A model generated the notes under the pieces. That model had not been told where the DNA came from, made no database searches, and worked only from the letters and a program-made list of their open reading frames with translations. A stretch of DNA of 58,330 nt. It comes from Vicugna vicugna (Eukaryota). A program made the position numbers and the translations under genes. The stretch is from the NCBI GenBank assembly GCA_013265495.1, contig MU057560.1:1843664-1901993 (forward strand). Direction: 5' to 3'. Positions 49,837 to 58,330 of this stretch are shown one piece after another; position 1 is the stretch's first letter, and each line of letters begins with the position of its first letter.

Positions 49837-51054
49837 TGTGGTAATGAACCCTGAAAAAATAATCACAAAATGAAATATCTACAAAGGTGCACATCCTTGC
49901 CAGGGGATGCCCGTACGTAACAGGATTATCACAGTAATAAATTTAAATCTAAAATGTCATGGCGTTAATCCAGACTCCGCCTCTCAGCAACCGTGACGTC
50001 TGTGACTTACCAGGTTTCTTTAAAAACAATAGCATGGCAAGTTTGCACCTTTGCAGACGCCATTAAGAATCTGGATCACAAGCCAGCCAGCTCACAAAAT
50101 GACACTATCTGGGTGGTCCAGAAACCCTCAAGCTACTGATTTAATTAGGAGCATCTCTGGAGACAGAGCGTGCCTGACATTTGGGAGAAGAAAATGGAAA
50201 TCTTCTTTGGAGAATCTCGCCTTTACCTCAGCCCTCAGAGAGCTTCCTCAGATCAAACCCCGCAGAAAAGGAGTCATCTGCAGACTCCTTCTCAAAAACT
50301 AAGTAAACTAACAAGGAGAGAAAGGACCGCGAGACAAAACCAGCTGAAATAAGGGGAAGTAGGTGAATTTCAAACGGCCGGGATTGCAAGCACAGACCAC
50401 AGAAGGACAGTATTTCAACAAAAGGCAAACTTGAAAACACACAGAGGACAAAGAAACACAAAAGAATAATATGGAAAAACCAGATAGAATTTTTAGAAAT
50501 GAAAAACTAAACGATTTAAATTTAAAACTCAGTGAATTGGTTTGATAGCATTGTATACACAGCAGAAAACTTAATGAGAAGCTCCAAGTGAAGGAAGTCC
50601 CCAGAGCAGAGCACGAGGATAAAAAAGAGAAAAATGCACGGAAAAGAGGGGGACTCCCGGAGGTCGGAGTCAACGAAACAGGCCAACCCATGTCGACTGA
50701 GACACAGAAAAGCAAGGGGAGGAAACGGAGGCAGAGGCATCTTCTGAACAGACAATGGCTGACAGGCCCCAAGACCACCGGCAGTTACCACCGGAGACTC
50801 AAGAGAATTCAGTAAATCTGCATGTAGACATCTCACTTAAAGCACAGCACACAGAATCAAAGAGAATAGATTTTAAAAAGCTGAAAAAGATAAACCACTA
50901 CTTTCAAAGAAGTGAATGGCGACAGCTGATTTCTCGCCAGCAACCACTAAGTTAGAAGACAATGAAAAAACACCTGTCATGGGTGGAAGGGCGCCATCAT
51001 CCACAGAATCACAGCAGAAACGTACGTGGAGAACAAAGGTAAAAAGGCTTCTGC

Positions 51055-51275
51055 GGGGAGGCAGAGCTCAGTCAGCAGTAGACGACGTGCTTAGCATGCG
51101 TGGGTTCGATCCCCAGTACCTCTGTTAGATAAATTAGTAAGTAAATAAACTTTAATTCCCTCCCCCCAAAAAACAAAAAAAAAATTAATAAATAAATAAA
51201 TATATAAATAAATAAACCTAATTACCTTCCCCCCAAAAAAAACCAAAAAAATTTAAAAATTAAATAAGTAATTTT
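51055..51275 (+). mobile_element. tRNA-derived SINE with doubled tail module
   Basis: ggggagggcagagctcagtcagcagtagac...gggttcgatccccagtacctc; tail aaataaac(t/c)..aatt.cc..ccccc occurs twice. Confidence 0.85.
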
Positions 51276-51829
51276 AAAATTTTTTAAAAAGAAGATTGCC
51301 ACTCTGGGAACCACGGACTAAGTAACGCCGATCAACCCTTCCACTAAAAACTGATAAAACTGGACAAACTAAGAGAGCTGTCGTTGAAACACAAGACATC
51401 CGACAAGATGGTGAGGAACTACCGCACTGCAGGTAAGAAGGGAAATCCGAAGACATGAGCCTGACGCCCGGGGCCCCTGTGGCCCAGAGGTAGTTGCTGC
51501 TGAGCACAGAAAACTCAGAGAGTGAACCGCGGTTCTGACAGCCTTTGCAGCCGGCAGGCAAAGCCCACCGCCGCCGCGGCTACAGCGAGCCGCCCTCTGT
51601 GAACCGGGACCCCCTGCGCTGCCCCTGAGAAGGAGGGAGCGTCCCGGCTCCCAGCCGTCTGGCCTGAACCATCTCACACTCTGAAGCTGTACCAAGTTGA
51701 TCGTGAACTGGGGTGACAGGGGTACGTGGCTGAAGGTCACAAAAATCTACTTTGGCAAAAGATATTATCATCCTAGGCCTCCAATTATTTCTGAAAATAA
51801 CTTTTAAAAGTAATGGCCAGCGCATAAAG

Positions 51830-52150
51830 ATAACCTAGCAGAAGGAGGGAGAAGACAGCCTGAGAGAACCAGCCGCCGTGGCCTCAGCCTGGATCACTCA
51901 GGCTGGGGAGCCCGCTGAGAGTCACCGCGGAGAGGCTCGGGTCCCGGACAGGGCTTCCCGCCATGCGCCTGGGAGGGAGGCTGCGAGCACCGCCCAGTCA
52001 GGCCTTCACGCCGGCGGCCAGCATCCTGCTTGCAAACTCATGAGCGCCTCTGAGCCAGAAACACTCGGCTGCTCCTGAATTCCTGATCACAGAAACTGGG
52101 AGATAATACAGGTCATTTTATGCCAGTAAGCTTGCACTAACAGGACACGC
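51830..52150 (+). mobile_element. MLT1-family MaLR LTR 3' portion
   Basis: tgagccagaaacactcggctgctcctgaattcctgatcacagaaactgggagataata...gataactgaca. Confidence 0.65.
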
Positions 52151-52845
52151 AGACATGGATAACTGACACGCTCCCCTAGAGATGGTCTTGCCCTGTGCAC
52201 CAGGAGACACGCAGGAGCGTGTTTACAGCAGTGTTGCTGATCTTAGCACGACATTTACAACGACCCAAGTTACCCATCAACAGACTGGATAAGTAAACTG
52301 GTACATCAGTCAGTGAAATAATACGTAACAGTGAAAAGCGAATGACCTATTAGCCACATGCTATTAACGTGGGTAAGTCTCAGAAGCATATTATTGTATG
52401 AAAAAGCAAGTAACAGAAAAATGTATGCAATATAATAGCATTTACATAAAGTATGTGAAACACTGAAAAAACCCTACCCTTCAGGGATAGATGACTATGA
52501 AAAGATGATTATTACAAAAGCCAAAATAGGGGGGAGGGCATAGCTCAGTGGTGGAGTGCATGCTCAGTAGCACGAGGTCCTGGGTTCAATCCCCAGTCCT
52601 CCATTTAAATATAATTAATAAGCCTAATTACCCTCTCCCACAAAAAAACAAAATAAAATAAAATACTCTTTTAAAAAGCTAAAACGGTGCTTACCTATAG
52701 GGAAAGGATGGGGGTGGAGGTAGGAGGGTTTTAAAATGCAGCTAATCCACAGAGGCCTGCTTTGTTACTATTCCTTACGCATGGAGTTGCATACACTCTT
52801 CCGTATATATCCTGTATATATATTCTTTTCACGATAAAAGAAATG
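52150..52845 (+). mobile_element. Ancient L1M 3' fragment interrupted by a SINE
   Basis: tgtgcaccaggagacacgcaggagcgtgtttacagcagtgttg...ccatcaacagactggataagtaaactgg. Confidence 0.65.
52529..52672 (+). mobile_element. tRNA-derived SINE (Vic-1-like)
   Basis: ggggagggcatagctcagtggtggagtgc...ggttcaatccccag; degenerate TSD aaaagc(c/t)aaaa. Confidence 0.9.
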
Positions 52846-53979
52846 AAGTCAACAACAGTGTAAGAAATGGTAATAATATTCTTCAAAGGCAGACACAAGC
52901 AATGAGTGAAGCCCAGGCGGCTCGGGAATTCACGGAGGATTCAGAAACAGTCTTCTCCCTTCCCTTTCGTAGAGGAAGCCTTTTCCGAGGCCCTGCACCC
53001 AGGCAGCATCAAACCTGTGCTTCCCTCACAATAGCTGCCACTTTGTCTTTTGTGGCTACTTCTGTGTGGCTCTTCTCTCTCCCAAACATACACTGTGAAG
53101 CCCCCTCAGCCTCTGCAGCACCCCCCGGGGGGCTCCCTATAGGAAGAAGGGCACAATAGCTTTTGCTAAGAACTGCAAGATAGGTTTGGGTTGCAAATAC
53201 ACTTGTCTAATGACAGTTACCAAGAGAGTTTAGAAGAAATTAGAAGGATTATAAGCGCACAAAAGACTGTGGTCTCTCTGGGAAAAAGAAAGACCACAAT
53301 CAGAACAGTGCCAAAGAACCCTATATGCAGCAAGATCTCAAAAGGATTGCCATACCAGTCCCAGGATACACGGGAAAGAATTAAACTGACAATTTGGGTG
53401 GGGGCCCTCTGGTACAAGTGAACATGGCCAGTTTCCACTACGGCTTTCAGAGTGGCCCTGGCGTTGATACACAGGCCTGCGTCCCCAGGACAAGCGACCC
53501 CCTCCCCGTCTGCTGTCCTGATCTTAGCAGACACCCGGCCGGGGTGTCCCTGCTCACAGGCAGGACTCCTGTCCTCTGCAGACTCCTAGTCTAGCAGGAC
53601 AGAGAGCGGTGAACTGGGCCGACCACACACCTCAGTACCTGCGCTCATGGAAGGATGCGAGCCCAGGTCCCCGGAACACCAGTCTGAACCAGCCGGGACC
53701 CAGTTGAGTCCTGCCTGCCAACGTCGCGTGGCCAACTCTCGTGCTGCAGACCTCCGCGCAGAGCTCACCTTTACAAAGAGGCCTACCCTGGGCGCACTAT
53801 TTTAATTGCCACATCTCCGCCCCCTCTCCCCATCCCCTTTCTAACCCTCTCCCCACACTGACGAGTCCGGTGATCGGAGCTGGCCTGCCCTCCCGACAAA
53901 GCGGGCGGGGACTGCGGCCGGCAGGGCGCATGCGCCCGAGGAGGCCCCGTGGAGAAAATCTGCACAAGAAGGTGGCGCT

Positions 53980-54296
53980 CCGCGGGGGCAGAGCCAGGGT
54001 CGGTCCCCCGGGCCATGGGGACAGGAGGGGCCGCCAGGCGGAGGCAGAGCCGGATGGAGTCTGTGCCCCCGCCCCACTCAGGCAGAACGGGCCGCGTGGG
54101 CTGGGGGGGAAGGGACCCCAGGGCGCAGTTCCGGCCCCGTGGGGACAGGACGGGCCGCCAGGCGGGGACAGAGCCGGAGTCTGTCTCCTGGCCCCGCTTG
54201 GGCAGGACCGGCCACAGGGCAGGGGCCGGGGAGGGGGAACCCGGGCGCAGTTCCGGCCCCGTGGGGACAGGACGGGCGCTCGGCGGGGGCAGAGCA
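53980..54296 (+). repeat. Degenerate GC-rich tandem repeat, period ~122 bp, ~2.5 copies, at the start of DCDC2C intron 1
   Basis: gggcgcagttccggccccgtggggacaggacgggc exact at 54121 and 54243; related unit near 54010. Confidence 0.85.
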
Positions 54297-54315
54297 CGCG
54301 CGGGGCTGCACTTAC

Positions 54316-54602
54316 TCGAGCTTCTTGAAGGCCTCGCGCCCGGCCACCACGTACTTGCCGCCGGCCTGCAGCGCGTCCAGCTCGCGCACCGGGCGCCCGC
54401 GCGTCGGCGTGAACAGGCGCCGCACGCCGAACGGCACGGCCACCTGCTCGTTCAGCTGGTCCAGCAGCCCCTCGAAGGTGGCCACGCGGCGGCGCGACAG
54501 CACGAACTTGCGGCCCACGTAGAACTGGTCCCCGTTGCGGTACACCACGATGGTCTTGGCGGGCGTGGTGTCCACCAGCACGTGCGGCGCGCGCGAGCCC
54601 AT
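54316..54602 (-). CDS. DCDC2C: DCDC2C coding exon 1 (287 nt), first DCX domain: MGSRAPHVLVDTTPAKTIVVYRNGDQFYVGRKFVLSRRRVATFEGLLDQLNEQVAVPFGVRRLFTPTRGRPVRELDALQAGGKYVVAGREAFKKL
   Basis: Strong Kozak context (gcgccATGG). DCX motifs YRNGD, PFGVRRLFTP, YVVAGREAF. Donor GA|gtaagt. Adjacent to ALLC as in the known ALLC-DCDC2C gene order. Confidence 0.96.
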
Positions 54603-55351
54603 GGCGCCGCTCCCGGCCCGGCCGCCGCGATTGTGACCGCCGCCCGGAGAGGCGCGGCCGGCGGCAGGCGAGGCAGCGTCAGAGAGCCGGGAAGAGCTCC
54701 GGGAGGGGAAGAGAGCCCGGCTCCTGCCAAGGAGGGAGGAGTGGGAGGGGCCCGGGATCCACCAGGCACCCACCTCGCCCCTCCCACCACACACCCACCC
54801 TCCTGCGCAGAGAGGTTGCGGATGGGTTGGGGCAAAGGGGCATCGAGACCATCCTGACAATCAGAACTGCGTCAGGGAGGAAATCGTCAGGAACCATCCA
54901 GAGCATGTGAGAAGCTAGGGTGCCGGGCACCGCTAGCGCGGGGTATCACAAAGGTTTAGCATTCAGCATGCACCTTCGTGTGGGGGAAGCGCAGTGTAAG
55001 AGGCTGTACGTCCTTGGGAAAGGCATCCCCTATGCTAGGTAAACATGACCAGTCCTCTTGAGCTGGGACAATAATGGCTAGAAATACATTTTTCCAGGGG
55101 CTCTGATGGGCTTCAACAAACTTTTAAAGATAATGGTCTATGTATTACCTGCTGAAATACCCCTGAAGCTTCAGAATATCTATACCTATAAATTTTACAT
55201 ACTCTAAATACCAATATATTGTACTGTTAAAAAACAAAAACAGAGTAATCCTTAAGAGGCCACCTACCGTTGACAGCCACAGCCAATTTTTGAACCACTA
55301 CGCCCTTCACAGCAACACTACACACAGGTACTAGGGTGTGAAAGTGATCAC

Positions 55352-55357
55352 TTTATT
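55352..55357 (-). terminator. ALLC: ALLC polyadenylation signal AATAAA
   Basis: tttatt on + strand, ~120 nt downstream of the stop codon. Confidence 0.75.
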
Positions 55358-55479
55358 AAATCACCAGGAATTCTGTTGATCGTCACAAGGTTAGTTGCTA
55401 GGAACTTCTAGAGGTTGGGTGTTGAAAACACTTGGAGAGCAGGACTGAGCGTCGTGGAGCCACCACGGTTCGGTGTGGG

Positions 55480-55764
<285 letters not shown>

Positions 55765-56168
55765 TTAGGGGCCTTAAACAGTGAAAATGACTATTGAGTG
55801 ATGATCATTTGGCTTACCGCAGAGATCTGTTAATAGGGAATGGATTCCCGAATGAGACTGACATGACGCTGGCTGGTTTTAATAGTTAATTAAGTGGACA
55901 AACTGATGAGAAAACAAAAGGAGGGCATGTGGGTGTCTCCCGGAGGCCATCACCCGCCGTTACAAAGGAGCAGCCCTCACCCCATCTCTGACCGGAAAAT
56001 GACCTCTTCCCTCCTGTTTGATCAAAGAAGGCACTTCTGGGATGTCTCAGTGTCCCTCCCACAGGTGGGCACATCCTTGGAGCTTTGCATATCTAGCTGT
56101 CCTTCCTAAAAAGGTAATATACTGGAGAAGCACTTTTCCTGTATGTATCCTTTGCACTTGATAGTTTA

Positions 56169-56555
<387 letters not shown>

Positions 56556-57526
56556 TCATCCTGGATCAAAAACCCAACACAGAACAAATCAAGGTTCTTT
56601 CAAAACAAAAGCAAAAGAATGAAGTACATGAGAGGAGGAAAGCACCGGGTGTGTGGTGGAGTGGGACCGCCTCGTGAAACCAATGAGTGTGTGCTCTTCA
56701 GAGGAACCAGGAAGGCCTGACAAACGTCCATGGGCTGGTGCATGTGAGTTTGAGTGTGTGGCATTTTACTTAGAAAGTTGAGCGTATCTGCTAAGCTTCC
56801 TAGATTGCACATTTCACGACTCGCCTCCTTCTCTGTGGCTCATCTGAAATCATTATGAAGCTGGAAAATATCTTCCTTTTGGCATCACAGAATAGAATAG
56901 GATTGTGGAATCACAGAGTACACCACACACCCTGTATTTGAGGGTTTCTACGTGCTCTTTTGGTGAAAATGTATGGTCCTGAGTTGTCTCTTCTGTCTTT
57001 GGAATTTCACCGGCATCATGGGCCCAGTGGGCTGAGACGAGTTTGGTGGAGGCTCCCCCACTCTTTGTGGGGAGGACTTCTATAGGGGTCCCCAAGACTT
57101 GAAGATCAACAGAGGAGGAGCTCCTGGTCAAGAAGTGTGGCAGAGGGGGATGCTCGTTGAACACTGGTCTCCAAGGTGGGGGAGCACGCTCCTGGGGTGC
57201 CATGGAAACCCAAAGGACGCAGGAAGAGAGCGTCAGGATGACTGTGTCTGTTTCTGTCACACATGCACACATGTGAGTGTGTGTGTATAGCAAGCCAGGC
57301 ATATTTGACATCATAACAGGATACTGGCACATTCCCTCATCCCCATGACTGTCATCACGTGGTGATGGAGAGACCTAAGGGCCACCAACAGTATAGCCAT
57401 GGCATATTCCATATTGCAATTCAGGGTTACAGGGATTTACCTGGTTTTGACCGAACCAGCCCTCACAAAAATAAACAAGTGGTTTTAAACTATCTGTAGG
57501 GAACCATGGTTTAAAGATACTGCTAG

Positions 57527-58330
57527 AAAACAAAACAAAATGACAACCTATGGAATGGGAGAAAATTTTTGCAAAAGATGGAACTGATAAAGGCTTGATC
57601 TCCAGAATATATAAGCAGTTCATACAACTTAAGAAAAAAGCAAACAGCCCAATCCAAAAATGGGCAGAAGACCTAAACAAGCAATTCTTCAAGGAAGAAA
57701 TACAAATGATCAATAGGCACATGAGAAAGTGCTCAGTTTCACTAATTATCAGAGAAATGCAGATCAAAACTACAATGAGGTATCACCTCACACCAGTCAG
57801 TATGTCCGTCATTCAAAAGTCCACAAATGACAAATGTTGGAGAGGCTGTGGAGAAAAGGGAACCCTCTTACACTGCTGGTGGGAATGCAGTTTGGTGCAG
57901 CCACTGTGGAAAACAGTATGGAGATTCCCCAAAAGACTAGGAATAGACTTACCGTGTGACCCAGGAATCCCTCTCCTGGGCATATATCCAGAAGGAACCC
58001 TACTTTAAAATGACACCTGCACCCCAATGTTCATAGCAGCACTATTTACAATAGCCAAGACACGGAAACAGCCTAAATGTCCATCAACAGATGACTGGAT
58101 AAAGAAGATGTGGCATATTTATACAATGGAATACTATTTAGCCATAAAAACCAACAACATAATGCCATTTGCAGCAACATGGATGTCCCTGGAGAATGTC
58201 ATAAAAAAGAAAGAAAAGACAAATGAACATAAATACAAAACAGAAAAAGACTCATAGACATAGAATACAAACTTGTGGTTGCCAAGGGGGCAGGGGTGGG
58301 AAGGGACAGACTGGGACTTCAAATCAAAAT
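57527..58330 (+). mobile_element. Young L1 (ORF2 C-terminus + 3'UTR) in an ALLC intron, antisense to ALLC; runs off the window end
   Basis: ORF 57550-58008 contains the ORF2 cysteine-rich motif [18 protein letters not shown]; premature TAA at 58006-58008; closely similar to the 43672-44402 copy. Confidence 0.95.

Larger units (their letters stand above)
53700..54800. promoter_or_regulatory. DCDC2C: CpG island spanning the DCDC2C promoter, exon 1 and start of intron 1
   Basis: Very high GC and CpG density with GC boxes, overlapping the first coding exon. Boundaries approximate. Confidence 0.85.

Noticed and set aside
19517..52672. tRNA genes at the SINE heads
   Set aside because: They have A/B boxes but also A-rich tails, TSDs and mutated stems, so they are tRNA-derived SINEs.
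23787..54316. In-frame stops immediately after the donors of exons 1, 3, 4 and 5
   Set aside because: Expected for phase-2 introns starting GTAA or GTGA; not evidence of pseudogenisation.
53949..54857. 302-aa + strand ORF and other long ORFs over the CpG island
   Set aside because: Antisense shadow of GC-rich exon 1 plus the tandem repeat; stop codons are rare at this GC content.
54603..54860. In-frame 86-codon N-terminal extension of DCDC2C
   Set aside because: Starts at TTG with no upstream in-frame ATG; the ATG at 54602 has a strong Kozak context and matches the known N-terminus.

Overview
Mammalian genomic DNA, not prokaryotic. It is GC- and CpG-rich with four N-gaps, and its tRNA-derived SINEs resemble the camelid Vic-1 family, so an alpaca/llama/camel draft assembly is likely. 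The minus strand carries the last two coding exons and polyA signal of ALLC (allantoicase; about 56485 to 55330). Less than 1 kb further on, same strand, is DCDC2C (doublecortin domain-containing 2C): ATG at 54602 in a CpG island and ten GT-AG exons (287, 52, 77, 129, 138, 43, 127, 101, 69, 42 nt = 1065 nt) that join in one open frame. The stop-containing terminal exon was not identified and may lie left of the window. Introns hold L1, L2, MIR and SINE copies, MaLR/ERV LTRs (one nested), micro/minisatellites, a short telomeric tract, a 339-bp tandem duplication, and a ~1.4-1.8 kb near-identical duplication across gaps that may be an uncollapsed haplotype. Most ORFs in the supplied track are chance ORFs. 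I found no evidence of a new biological system. The best leads are an alternative DCDC2C C-terminus, SINE-derived cryptic splice acceptors next to exon 2, and candidate regulatory motifs. Comparisons to human proteins and repeat consensus sequences are from memory, not from alignments I ran.
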